Shown here: positions 28,990 through 38,453 of the stretch, in pieces
Layout of the letters: every line of letters starts with the position of its first letter
Numbering within the stretch: position 1 is the first letter of the stretch
Source: Candidatus Pyrohabitans jungbluthii
GTDB taxonomy: Archaea; Hydrothermarchaeota; Hydrothermarchaeia; Hydrothermarchaeales; BMS3B
Reading direction: 5' to 3'
Assembly: GCA_002010065.2 (NCBI GenBank)
Contig: MTMD02000002.1
Span: 448,001 to 512,000 of the forward strand
DNA: 64,000 nucleotides
Program-made: the position numbers and the translations under genes
Notes under the pieces: generated by a model
The model's input: only the letters and a program-made list of their open reading frames with translations
What the model was told of the DNA's origin: nothing
Databases searched by the model: none

Positions 28990-31908
28990 ATGAAGGTATC
29001 GGAGAGGGGATGGCGTGAGTTAGCTGTGGTGTGTGGAATCGTTGTGGTATTCCTTGCGATACGGCTTACCTTCTTGCGATACGGCTTTCTTTACGGCTTT
29101 GACCCCTACTACCACTACCATAACGCAAAGGCTCTGCTTGAAGAGGGCACTGTTCTTCTGCCCTTTGGCTTCTATACTCCGGCGTTACTTCTCTATACAG
29201 TCTTAAAACCCCTTGGCGTAAGCTTCTACGACGCCTTCCGCCTCACCACGCCGGTGGTTGGTGCGCTTACAATTGTGTTCTTCTACCTCCTTGCCAGGGA
29301 GCTATTCGGTGTAAGCGTTGCGAGGCTATCAGCGCTTACTCTGGCGGTGCTTCCAGGCTTCGTTACACGAGCGCTGGCAGGGAATTACCGCGGCGACCTG
29401 TATGCAATGCTCTTTTATGTGGCCGGATTCTTCCTCTTCTTTAAAGCTTTAAAGGCAGCTAACCTTGCGAGGACAGCAGGATTTTCGGTAGCGGCTGGCG
29501 CCGCCTTCGCACTCTCTGCCTTTGTGTGGAGCTCTGGCTACATCTTTGCCATGGCGGTGCTCTCGCTGTTCATACTTGCTCAGGCTTCGACCAGCTTTGC
29601 GCTTGCGGAGCGGGGTAATAAAGCCGCCCACGCCTATTTCCTCTCCTCTCTCACCGGCATCATGCTCATTCTAGCTGCGCAGAAGTTTGAGCTTGCTGTG
29701 GTAAGGGCAGTGGGATTTAAAGACTACTACACCTACATCTTCCCAGCGGTGGCGGCTTATTCTCTGCTTCTAACCTTTACTTCTGACAGGATAAAGGTGG
29801 AGAGCGCTGCTAAGCGAGCCGCCATCCCCAGCTGCATTGCTGCCATAGGTTTAATTGCAGGCTATGCCATCTTTACCACTCCCATCGAAAACCTCATGAA
29901 CATCTACGGGAAGCTCATCAACCCGCAGGTGCTGCGCCCCACGGCTGAGACTGTTAAGGTGGGCTTTCCCATGCTGTGGGAACGCTTCTCCCTGCTCCTC
30001 CTCTTTATCCCTCTGGCGTTTCTGCACATTTTAAGAAAAACTGTCAAAAAACTGCAAGACAATGCAAGCATCTTCCTCCTAGTTTGGTTTGCTGCCGGGG
30101 TATTCATAGTATACAAGGCAGGCCAGCGCGCCATCTTTACCGCCTCTCCCTCAGTTGCGCTGCTGCTGGGAGTTTTTCTTGCAAACTTAAGGACATACCT
30201 GCCCAAGAACCTCGCCCATGCAGCGGTTGCCTTTGCTGTGGGCTTCACTTCAGTCGCTGGGATAACCTTCGCCTCAGATTATGCGCCCATGATAACCCCA
30301 GAGTGGAACGAATCGCTCAGCTGGCTCAAACAGAACACTCCCAGCGACGCGAGAGTGCTCTCCTGGTGGGACTACGGATACTGGATTCTCGCCATAGGGG
30401 AGCGGAGCCCGATTCTTACGCCGAGTAGCTCTGGCAACGCGGTGAAACCTGTGGGGGAGCTTTTGCTGAGCACCAATGAGGGCAAGCTCATAGAGTACAT
30501 GAAGAAGCGGAGGGCGGAGTACCTCCTCCTTCCGACTGACATGGTGGCCCAGGTGCACAACCTGGAGGCGATTTTAAACGTCTCAGACTACCAGTACGTG
30601 TACTTCCCCTTTACGGATGCAGTGCTGCTCTTCAACTCCCCGGCAAGGCTGTACGGCAGCAACCTCTACATTTTAACCACCTCCCAGGGCAAACTGGCGC
30701 TGGTTGAACAGAGTGGTAACTTCTATGCCTTCCGCGACGTTTACTACAGGAAGAAGGGCAAGCTGGTGCACAGGCGCTACACAAGCTCAGAGATCTCCTT
30801 CACCGAGGGCGCAGTGTACATCTCTGACAACGACACAAAGCTGCCGCTGATAGAAAGCTACGAGTACGTGCTGTACATCCCGCCAAAGATGCAGAGTGCG
30901 TTGCTCAACTCTTTTATCCTCCTAGACGGCGAAGGGCTGAGCAATTTCACCCTTGTGTATTCAAACCCAGAGGTCAGGATTTACAAAGCAAGATACGAGC
31001 ACACCTTCGCCTCCATAGTGCCGGAGAGGCGTGCATACAGCGCTGGCGAAGTGGTAACGCTTCTCGCTAAGCTGCGCTCCACTAGACCATTTTCAGGCAC
31101 CATACGCGTAGGTGTGCGCAACCCTGAGGGTGCGCTGGTTTACTATGGTACAGCTAAGATAAACGACTCCACCAACGTGAGCCTTTCCTTCTTCCTGCCT
31201 GCGGATGCAAAGGAGGGGAGGTATAAAGTTTCTGCCTCCCTGCATAACCCCAAGGGCAAGCGGGTTGATTCAACCTCCACGAGCTTCATGGTTAAGGGTA
31301 GAGAAGGGAAGAGCTTCTCCGCGAGCCTTGAGGAGGGCTCCTCAACGCGCGAGCTAATCATCTCGGGCAAACTACCCTCACAGGGTGAGGTGGTGGTGGC
31401 AATTGCAGGGCAGGAGATTAAGAGAGAGTCCACCTCTAGCGACGGAAGCTTCACCGTAGCCATCGAAAAGCCGCGCCTTTTCCGGGGCAGCAATGCCATT
31501 GCACTCTTCACCCCCGACTACGGCTACAGCGCCACCGTCTATGCTGTGGTTCAGGCAGAGCTTGTGAGGGACTTTACGCTGAGCAAGAGCAGGGTCAGGC
31601 GCGGAGAAGAGGTCACAGCAAGATTCGCTGTCAAGAACACCGGCAACCTTGCACTGAAAGGCTACCTCAGCCTGAATCCAAAGGGCAACGCTCCCAAGAG
31701 AATATTCACAGAGGACTTCAACCTACCATATGAACTCAAGCCTGGTGAGGAGGCGGAGTTTACCCACACCTTTACCGTTGCGCAGGATGCTCCCACAGGA
31801 AAGTTCAGGCTCTGGAGAGAGATGCGGGAGGAGAATCTCAAGCTCTGGGTTGCGCCAATGAATAGACATGGGAAGGGGAACTCGGCTTTGCTCGAGGTAG
31901 TGGAGTAA
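28990..31908 (+). CDS. aglB: Oligosaccharyltransferase AglB/STT3 with long C-terminal Ig-like extension
   Basis: DPYYH, GNYRGD, PTAE, WWDYGYW; multi-TM N-terminal half. Confidence 0.88.
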   Translation: MKVSERGWRELAVVCGIVVVFLAIRLTFLRYGFLYGFDPYYHYHNAKALLEEGTVLLPFGFYTPALLLYTVLKPLGVSFYDAFRLTTPVVGALTIVFFYLLARELFGVSVARLSALTLAVLPGFVTRALAGNYRGDLYAMLFYVAGFFLFFKALKAANLARTAGFSVAAGAAFALSAFVWSSGYIFAMAVLSLFILAQASTSFALAERGNKAAHAYFLSSLTGIMLILAAQKFELAVVRAVGFKDYYTYIFPAVAAYSLLLTFTSDRIKVESAAKRAAIPSCIAAIGLIAGYAIFTTPIENLMNIYGKLINPQVLRPTAETVKVGFPMLWERFSLLLLFIPLAFLHILRKTVKKLQDNASIFLLVWFAAGVFIVYKAGQRAIFTASPSVALLLGVFLANLRTYLPKNLAHAAVAFAVGFTSVAGITFASDYAPMITPEWNESLSWLKQNTPSDARVLSWWDYGYWILAIGERSPILTPSSSGNAVKPVGELLLSTNEGKLIEYMKKRRAEYLLLPTDMVAQVHNLEAILNVSDYQYVYFPFTDAVLLFNSPARLYGSNLYILTTSQGKLALVEQSGNFYAFRDVYYRKKGKLVHRRYTSSEISFTEGAVYISDNDTKLPLIESYEYVLYIPPKMQSALLNSFILLDGEGLSNFTLVYSNPEVRIYKARYEHTFASIVPERRAYSAGEVVTLLAKLRSTRPFSGTIRVGVRNPEGALVYYGTAKINDSTNVSLSFFLPADAKEGRYKVSASLHNPKGKRVDSTSTSFMVKGREGKSFSASLEEGSSTRELIISGKLPSQGEVVVAIAGQEIKRESTSSDGSFTVAIEKPRLFRGSNAIALFTPDYGYSATVYAVVQAELVRDFTLSKSRVRRGEEVTARFAVKNTGNLALKGYLSLNPKGNAPKRIFTEDFNLPYELKPGEEAEFTHTFTVAQDAPTGKFRLWREMREENLKLWVAPMNRHGKGNSALLEVVE

Positions 31909-31947
31909 CTGCCCAAAACTTATTAACCCCCGTCTCCACCTTTATTT

Positions 31948-32880
31948 ATGCTTGAGGCTCTGCCCTTTGCTGCTCTCTCATTTGCAATAACTTTTCTCGC
32001 CACCCCAAAGGTTATGAGGTGGGCTAAGCGAGCGGGCTTCACCGGCGTAGACCTTCACAAGGAGGCTATGCCTGAGATACCGGAGCAGGGGGGTATCGCT
32101 GTTATTATGGGCTTTCTCACCTCCGCTCTGCTCTATGCCCTTCTCACAGACGCGAGCCCCCGCTTCTACGCCACGCTTGTTGCTGTGCTCCTAGTCGCCG
32201 CCCTGGGCTACTACGACAGGATTAGACGCCTCTCAGCAAAGGAGAAGGTGGTCTACCTGAGTTTAATAGGTGTGATTCTCTTACCCTTCGTGGGGGATAC
32301 GCGCCTCTTTGGCGTAGAGCTTGGTTTTCTCTACCTTCTGGCGGTGCCTCTCGCATTTATGTGCGCGTGCAACTTCACAAATATGCTCGCAGGCTTCAAC
32401 GGCCTGGAAATAGGCACCGGGGCGATAGCATCGCTGGGCGTAGCTGTAGTGGCTCTGCTTCAGGGAAAAGAGGAAAGCTTCGTCATTGCTATGCTCCTGT
32501 TTGCCTCTCTCATCGCCTTCCTCCACTACAACCGCTACCCGGCGAGGGTTTTCCCTGGCGACGTTGCAACTCTTGCGATTGGCGCTGCACTGCTTCCAGC
32601 ATTAATATTCGGCAAACTTGAGGTGGAAGGCGCAGTAATCTTCCTCCCCTACGTTGCGGACGCGTTGTTAAAGTTTATAAGTGCCGGTGTTATGACAAGG
32701 GAGGCGCAGAAGCCCACGCTGGTTAGGCAGGGGCTACTCTACGCGCCAGAAGGGGGAAACCTCTCACTGCCAAGGCTATTCCTGAAGCTCAAACCAATGC
32801 GCGAGCCACAGGTGGTGGCTCTCGTATGGGCGGTTGAGCTAGCGTGCGTAGCTGTAGCCATCGTCCTAGCCCTGCGGTAG
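31948..32880 (+). CDS. UDP-GlcNAc:dolichyl-phosphate GlcNAc-1-P transferase (MraY/GPT family, AglH-like)
   Basis: IPEQGG, NFTNMLAGFNGLE, YNRYPARVFPGD. Confidence 0.88.
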   Translation: MLEALPFAALSFAITFLATPKVMRWAKRAGFTGVDLHKEAMPEIPEQGGIAVIMGFLTSALLYALLTDASPRFYATLVAVLLVAALGYYDRIRRLSAKEKVVYLSLIGVILLPFVGDTRLFGVELGFLYLLAVPLAFMCACNFTNMLAGFNGLEIGTGAIASLGVAVVALLQGKEESFVIAMLLFASLIAFLHYNRYPARVFPGDVATLAIGAALLPALIFGKLEVEGAVIFLPYVADALLKFISAGVMTREAQKPTLVRQGLLYAPEGGNLSLPRLFLKLKPMREPQVVALVWAVELACVAVAIVLALR

Positions 32881-32910
32881 GTTTATATCATCGCGAAGAG
32901 AGCATGCTAC

Positions 32911-33891
32911 ATGCTCTGGGTTGACATAACCAACCTGCCCCACGTCCCCTTTTTCCAGAGGTTTATAGAGGAGAACCACTGCTTCGTCACCGCCAGGAGG
33001 CACGGCTTCCTTGAGGATATGCTCAAGGCACGCGGAATAAGCTTTGTTTCCGTAGGGGAGCACGCAGGTGATAGGAGAGAGAAGCTCATCGCCAGCGCCG
33101 AGCGGATAATAGGTTTGGCGAAAGCGCTCGAGGGCAGGCGCATCTCCGCGTGCATAGCCAAGCACAGCGTCGAAGCTGCGCGGGTTGCCTTCGGGTTGGG
33201 CATACCCTACTACCACTTCGTGGACAACGAGTATGCCGAGCATCAGAACCGCCTGACGCTGAGCCTGTGCACCCGCATCATTGCACCTGAGGCCACGGAT
33301 AAAAAACTCCTGCTCGACCAGGGAGCGCAACCACAGCGCCTGCTTACCTTTAAAGGCGTCTTAGAGGTGGTGCAGGTCAGAAACTTCATCCCCGACCCCT
33401 CCTTAATTAAGTCGCTTAAGCTTGAACGCTTTGTTCTGCTCCGCCCCCCTCCGTTGGGTGCTGCCTACTATCAGGGAAAAAAGAGAACCCAAGCCATAAT
33501 TGACAGTCTGCGCGCGCGAGGCTACAGCGTGGTGGTAATCCCACGGGGGGATGAAAGCTACCGGCGCTGCATCACACTGAAGAATGTGGACACCCTCACC
33601 CTGAGCTACTATGCAGAGGTGGTTATCAGCGAAGGCGGGACGATGAACCGGGAGGCTGCGCTCCTCGGCACGCCTGCGATTTCCCTATACCCGCAGGCTT
33701 TGCTGGGCGTTGACAGGTATCTGATAAAGCTCGGGCTTATGAAGCACGCTCGCAGCGTGGAGGAGCTTCTTGAGCTTCTGCCAGAGGATGGGGAGAAGGA
33801 AGAACTCAGGGAGCGCGCTCAGCAAAAAGTCGCAAGGATGCAGGACCCCTTTGTTGTGCTTGCCAAAGCTATGGGCGAAAGGGATATATGA
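32911..33891 (+). CDS. DUF354 family GT-B-fold protein
   Basis: WVDITNLPHVPFF, DNEYA, GGTMNREAALLGTP. Confidence 0.85.
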   Translation: MLWVDITNLPHVPFFQRFIEENHCFVTARRHGFLEDMLKARGISFVSVGEHAGDRREKLIASAERIIGLAKALEGRRISACIAKHSVEAARVAFGLGIPYYHFVDNEYAEHQNRLTLSLCTRIIAPEATDKKLLLDQGAQPQRLLTFKGVLEVVQVRNFIPDPSLIKSLKLERFVLLRPPPLGAAYYQGKKRTQAIIDSLRARGYSVVVIPRGDESYRRCITLKNVDTLTLSYYAEVVISEGGTMNREAALLGTPAISLYPQALLGVDRYLIKLGLMKHARSVEELLELLPEDGEKEELRERAQQKVARMQDPFVVLAKAMGERDI

Positions 33892-33916
33892 GCACCACCG
33901 ATATGGAAATTATCGG

Positions 33917-34408
33917 ATGCACTTCAGCAATTACATAAGCATGAGGCATGCGAAAGCGTGCGTTGAGCGGGGGGTAAGAAAGATAAGCCTCACTCCAACG
34001 GCGCTGAAGCAGACCCCAGAGAGAACCCTTGCTTTTCTTCGCGAGCGGGGCATTGAAGTGGAGGTTGTAGCCTCGCGAGGCAGACCGAGAAAGCTTCGCG
34101 AGGAAAAAGTCAAGAAGATTCTCGCCATGCGAAAAGCCGGGGTAAGCTTTTACCGCATTGCAAGCGTGCTGGGCATACCCAAGAGTACTGTCTTTGACTA
34201 CTTTCAGCGTTACTCGCATGTAGATGTGCCAGAGAGCGAGGTGGAGAGGCTGCAGATAAGCGAGGCGCGCAGAGTGCTGGAGAACATAGCAAAGGGGAAC
34301 TTCGACGCTGAGGTTAAGGAGATTGCAGAGCGTGGCTTAGCAGCCGAGAGCAGGGAGGAGCTGGAGTACTACCTCCGTGAGCTTCTGCTGTGTCTTAATG
34401 GGGAATAA
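33917..34408 (+). CDS. HTH-domain protein
   Basis: RGRPRKL...GVSFYRIASVLGIPKSTVFDY; likely start ATG 33917. Confidence 0.7.
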   Translation: MHFSNYISMRHAKACVERGVRKISLTPTALKQTPERTLAFLRERGIEVEVVASRGRPRKLREEKVKKILAMRKAGVSFYRIASVLGIPKSTVFDYFQRYSHVDVPESEVERLQISEARRVLENIAKGNFDAEVKEIAERGLAAESREELEYYLRELLLCLNGE

Positions 34409-34450
34409 TTTTTTATTGTTAGGCTGAGTGAGAATTATAGGGTGAGACGC

Positions 34451-34618
34451 ATGGTGAAGAGAAAGAAGCAGCGCGTTGCGATGCCCGCCTCTGGCGCTGG
34501 TTTAGTGCGCTACATGGACGAGGAGGGGCGTGGCATAAAGTTCAAGCCAGAGCAAATACTCTACGCCGCTTTGGGATTGATCGCCATAGAGGTTCTGGTT
34601 AAGCTGGGGTTTGTATAG
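34451..34618 (+). CDS. secG: Preprotein translocase subunit Sec61beta
   Basis: Not in ORF track (55 aa): MVKRKKQRVAMPASGAGLVRYMDEEGRGIKFKPEQILYAALGLIAIEVLVKLGFV. Confidence 0.93.
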   Translation: MVKRKKQRVAMPASGAGLVRYMDEEGRGIKFKPEQILYAALGLIAIEVLVKLGFV

Positions 34619-34622
34619 AGGC

Positions 34623-35351
34623 ATGAAGATCGCGATTACACGTCCGAAGGGTAAGGAGGGCGCCACGAAGGAGCTGGCTTCTTCTTACGGTTTTGAAGCG
34701 CTGATTGTCAATGCGGTTGAACTCGTGCCTCGAAGCGAAGATGAGGTTAAGGCTGCGGTGGGCGACATAGCGAGCTACGACTGGGTGGTTATAACCAGCG
34801 CCTTTGGCGCAAGGCTCATGCACCGCTACTTTGGCGAGGCGCTGCGCAGGGCTAAAATAGCTGTCGTGGGGGAGAAAACTCGCCAAGCACTGGAAAAGCT
34901 TGGGATAAGCGTTGCGCTAACCCCGGGAGAGTTTCGGAGCGAGGGACTCGTTGCAGCGCTGCGTGAAGCCGGCGCTGAGGGAAAGCGCATCCTCGTTGCT
35001 CGTGCCTCTGCCGGGAGAGAGCTACTCGTCAGAGAACTTGAGAAGATCGCCGAGGTGGTGGAGGTGCCCCTCTACGATTCAGTGATTCCTGAAGATAAAA
35101 GCTCAATCTTTGCCCTGCGCGAAGGCTTAGAAAAAGGAGAGATTAAAGCTGCGGTATTCACCTCCGCCAAGACGGTGGAGAACATCTTCTCTGTGGTAGG
35201 CGACAACCTTGCGGCGTTGCTCAACCGCATCGCTGTCGTCGCTATAGCACCGGAGACGAAGAAGGCGCTGAAGAGCTACGGAGTTGAGCACGTGGCTATG
35301 CCGGAACGCTATACCCTGGAGGAGTGCCTCAGGTTATTGAAGGAGAGGTGA
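34623..35351 (+). CDS. hemD: Uroporphyrinogen-III synthase
   Basis: MKIAITRP, DWVVITS, VGEKT, FTSAKTV, AIAPET. Confidence 0.92.
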   Translation: MKIAITRPKGKEGATKELASSYGFEALIVNAVELVPRSEDEVKAAVGDIASYDWVVITSAFGARLMHRYFGEALRRAKIAVVGEKTRQALEKLGISVALTPGEFRSEGLVAALREAGAEGKRILVARASAGRELLVRELEKIAEVVEVPLYDSVIPEDKSSIFALREGLEKGEIKAAVFTSAKTVENIFSVVGDNLAALLNRIAVVAIAPETKKALKSYGVEHVAMPERYTLEECLRLLKER

Positions 35352-35353
35352 TT

Positions 35354-35641
35354 ATGGAGAGGATTATGATATGGCCCCCTAACATCGACGCAAACAAGTC
35401 GCGAGCTGACGGAAGGAAGATTTCTGAGAAGCACGCCATAGCTTCGCCAACACTCAAGGAGATAGCTGAAGCGGCTGAACGCCTGGGTTTAAATCCGGAG
35501 GTGGAGCGGGAGAAGGCTTACCCGAAGGAGTGGTGGGAGGTTTCAGGGCGCGTTATAGTGGACAAGGTTAAGCCGAAGAGCATGATTCTTAAGGAGATTG
35601 CCGCTGAAATTAAAAAGATGCGCGCCTCAGCGAGCAAGTAA
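35354..35641 (+). CDS. srp19: Signal recognition particle 19 kDa protein
   Basis: IWPPNIDANKSRADGRKI, KAYPKEWW..GRV. Confidence 0.95.
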   Translation: MERIMIWPPNIDANKSRADGRKISEKHAIASPTLKEIAEAAERLGLNPEVEREKAYPKEWWEVSGRVIVDKVKPKSMILKEIAAEIKKMRASASK

Positions 35642-36442
35642 GCTTCGTATGAAGCTTACAGCCTCCCTCAGCGCTTCTTCGCCGCTGCTCCTGTATTCCA
35701 GGCAGACCTCAGCATTTAATTCCTGAGCGAAAACCTGCTCGAAGTTTATTCTCCCCTTCCCCGGGGGCAGGCTTTCGGTATCTTTGATGTGAAGCTCCGC
35801 TATCTCAGCGCCGTATTCGGCTATAACCTCTGCCACGTCTTCGCCAGCGTCGTAGAGATGCATGGTATCTGCCATCGCATAAACATTTTCTCTGTCTATA
35901 TCCCTTACCAGAGCGACAACCTCTCGCAGGCGTGGCAGGAAGGATGTTCGCTTAGGGCTAAGGGCTTCTATCGCAATACCTACGCCATAGTCAGAAGCGT
36001 AGTCTGCCAGCTCACGGAAGCTTTTCACGCAGATTTCCCTTGCGTTTGCCGCATGCGAATAGCCATAAGCGGGCACTGTAACCACGCGTTTCGCCCCTAT
36101 TCCGCTGGCAAGCTCTATCTTTTCCTTAATGTGCTCCATCGCAGCGACGCGCTCTTCTCTGCGCGAGCTCACAATGCTAAGCTCATGGAGCTTATACGCC
36201 TGCACAGAGCGCACCTCTACGCCATAGCTGCCAAGCGCTTCGAGGTTATCTTCAAACTTCGTCACCGCTTCTCGAGCGCCAGCGAGGGAAGCTGAAGCCG
36301 ATCTCGAAGAGATTGGCGAGCTATCGCTTCGCGAGACGGGTAACTTCGCCAGCTCCAGCCAGAGATCAAGCTCCTCAAAAATACTCAAAACCTCTTCGAG
36401 GGTTTCACAGTCAAGAACAAAATCCACAGCGCCGAGGGACAT
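35627..36442 (-). CDS. Sugar phosphate isomerase/epimerase TIM-barrel protein carrying a 29-aa insertion
   Basis: IAIEAL, MADTMH, LHIKD, PGKGRINF, CLEY. Confidence 0.85.
   Translation of the reverse strand: MSLGAVDFVLDCETLEEVLSIFEELDLWLELAKLPVSRSDSSPISSRSASASLAGAREAVTKFEDNLEALGSYGVEVRSVQAYKLHELSIVSSRREERVAAMEHIKEKIELASGIGAKRVVTVPAYGYSHAANAREICVKSFRELADYASDYGVGIAIEALSPKRTSFLPRLREVVALVRDIDRENVYAMADTMHLYDAGEDVAEVIAEYGAEIAELHIKDTESLPPGKGRINFEQVFAQELNAEVCLEYRSSGEEALREAVSFIRSLLAR
36255..36348 (-). mobile_element. In-frame palindromic insertion (MITE-like) flanked by 7-bp direct repeats
   Basis: aacttcg at 36255-36261 and 36342-36348 flanks an 80-bp hairpin centred on gccgatctc-gaa-gagattggc; net +87 bp = 29 codons. 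Confidence 0.7.
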
Positions 36443-36448
36443 GGCTGT

Positions 36449-36703
36449 TCAAACTTCAGCTTTGTAGATGTATGTACATCCAATAGCCTCAAAATTCTTT
36501 GTAACTCCTTCCTTAAGCTCTCTTCTGATTCTCTGAATTTTTTCATGGGTCTCTTTTGAGTAGATCCTCTCCCCGCATTTTGAACATACCCCTGCCTTAA
36601 CCCTAATAATAGCGACGTTGTTCCCGCCCTTAACCATCTTCTCTACTTCTTTTACAACCACGTCTCCACCACATATCGGGCAAACCGAAACAATCTCACT
36701 CAT
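36449..36703 (-). CDS. YgiT-type zinc finger protein (putative antitoxin)
   Basis: CPICGG...AGVCSKCGERIYS; AT-rich. Confidence 0.85.
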   Translation of the reverse strand: MSEIVSVCPICGGDVVVKEVEKMVKGGNNVAIIRVKAGVCSKCGERIYSKETHEKIQRIRRELKEGVTKNFEAIGCTYIYKAEV

Positions 36704-36729
36704 TTCTTTTTTCTCCATCTGTAATCAAT

Positions 36730-37023
36730 TCAGCGATTAGCATCGGGAATATATGCTGTAATTAGTATAGCGATATTTGATTCACTTGCATACGCCCAGA
36801 CACTATGAATAGGTCTGCCTTGTTGATCTCTTCCAAATATCAAGCAACTGGGAAATGGTAAGTCATCCGGGTACTCTTCGATTATCTCACCATGTAAAAC
36901 AGAATAGTAAAGCGATTCATTTGATATCTCATCGTTGGCAAGTTCTTCATCTGCATGTTCTGTTATATTTATCCTTCCTGATTTAATCGCATCTTTTATT
37001 CGATTTATGTCCATCCGTTGCAT
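36730..37023 (-). CDS. DUF4258 family putative toxin, apparently C-terminally truncated
   Basis: ITEHADEEL, GEIIEEYPDD..FPSCLIFG, PIHSVW, LITAYIPD. Confidence 0.82.
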   Translation of the reverse strand: MQRMDINRIKDAIKSGRINITEHADEELANDEISNESLYYSVLHGEIIEEYPDDLPFPSCLIFGRDQQGRPIHSVWAYASESNIAILITAYIPDANR

Positions 37024-37093
37024 GTTTAACTGCAGATGATATTAAGCTTTACCTATTTAACCCTTGAGAGATGTTAGCGCCAGAGCTTGAAAC

Positions 37094-37687
37094 ATGGGCA
37101 GAATAAGGATTGTGGGGGTGCACCACAGGCACCAGATGAGCATCGCCGACGTGGAGGATGCCATCGCCGAGCAGAAGCCAGACATAGTGTGCGTGGAGCT
37201 GCCCAGCGACGACTACCTGAAGTTTCTGGAGGTGCGCTCCTACCTGGAGACTGAGATGAAAATCGCCATGGTCACCGCCTGCGAAGTTGGAGCCAGGGTT
37301 TACCTGATAGACCTTAAAAAAGAGTACATCGAGAAGAGGCTGAGGGAGACACTGAGAATTTCCGATCCCCGCCTATGGGAGGAGTTTGAAAAGGGCGACA
37401 TCCCCGCGTTCTACCGCCGGCTGCTGGAGGTGACACCAGCAGCTATCAATAAGGCAAAGCAGGTGCTGCTTCTCGACAGAGAGGCAGCGATGGCGGCAAA
37501 GCTCTTATCCTTAGCTGAGAAATACCCCGAAAGTAGAATTCTTGCTGTGGTGGGCTACAGCCACAAACCCGCGATAGAGGAATTTCTGAAGGACAGGAAA
37601 AGGTTGAGTGAGACCGTCAAAAAGAGAGGAATCCTCGTAGATGAGCCCTATTTCCTCGACTGCGAGGAGATTATGATTTACAGCTAA
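37094..37687 (+). CDS. TraB/GumN-domain protein
   Basis: IVGVHH, PDIVCVEL, EM..A, LID, LLDREAAMA, LAVVGYSH. Confidence 0.8.
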   Translation: MGRIRIVGVHHRHQMSIADVEDAIAEQKPDIVCVELPSDDYLKFLEVRSYLETEMKIAMVTACEVGARVYLIDLKKEYIEKRLRETLRISDPRLWEEFEKGDIPAFYRRLLEVTPAAINKAKQVLLLDREAAMAAKLLSLAEKYPESRILAVVGYSHKPAIEEFLKDRKRLSETVKKRGILVDEPYFLDCEEIMIYS

Positions 37688-37760
37688 AGAGAGCGAAAAG
37701 CTAAAATACCACCTGCAGCAACTTACCTGCATCTGAATGAAGATGGGAGGTTAGGGATAG

Positions 37761-38453
37761 ATGGATGTTGTGGAAATTTACCGCCGTGCCTTTGAGCTTT
37801 TTAAGGTGAATTATGTAATAGCAGTGCCGTTTATTGTAGCTTATATACTAATGGATGTAGTGGCCTATCTATTTGGTGGTTTTTGGTGGGGTGGAGTAGG
37901 ATTTGGAGGAAATATGTCTCCTAGCACCTTTAGATTAGGTGCAATGCTCGGTGCAGCTCTGATTATGATGCTCCTATCCCTTGTGCTCAGTACCCTTGCG
38001 CAGGGTATGGCTATTGGAATGTGCAGAGAAGCAATTGAAGAGGGACTGGCACATCTCGAGAGCGGTTTGAAGGTGATAAGTAGCAGAATCGTAGGTCTTT
38101 TAATAGCCGCCATACTTGTTAGCATTCTTGTTGTAATGGGTTTCATATTGTTCATAATACCTGGGCTAGTAATTGGATTTTTCCTGATGTTCACGATAAT
38201 AGCGCTTGTTTTAGAGGACCTCGACGCCATCTCAGCTATGGGTAGAAGTTACAGAGTAGTTAGAGCAAACATTGGAGATGCTTTTGTTTATGCCTTAATT
38301 CTTATTGCAATACAAATAATCACATGGATATTAGGAATAATTGTGGGATTCATCCCAATCATCGGTGCTCTTGTTTCTTCAGGAGTTAGTGGCTTGACTA
38401 CTGGTTATACTACTCTTGCTGGTGTGATATTTTTCAGGGAGGCAACTACTTAG
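37761..38453 (+). CDS. Multi-pass membrane protein
   Basis: About 5 TM segments, ILFIIPG, AISAMGRSYRVV; lower GC. Confidence 0.75.
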   Translation: MDVVEIYRRAFELFKVNYVIAVPFIVAYILMDVVAYLFGGFWWGGVGFGGNMSPSTFRLGAMLGAALIMMLLSLVLSTLAQGMAIGMCREAIEEGLAHLESGLKVISSRIVGLLIAAILVSILVVMGFILFIIPGLVIGFFLMFTIIALVLEDLDAISAMGRSYRVVRANIGDAFVYALILIAIQIITWILGIIVGFIPIIGALVSSGVSGLTTGYTTLAGVIFFREATT

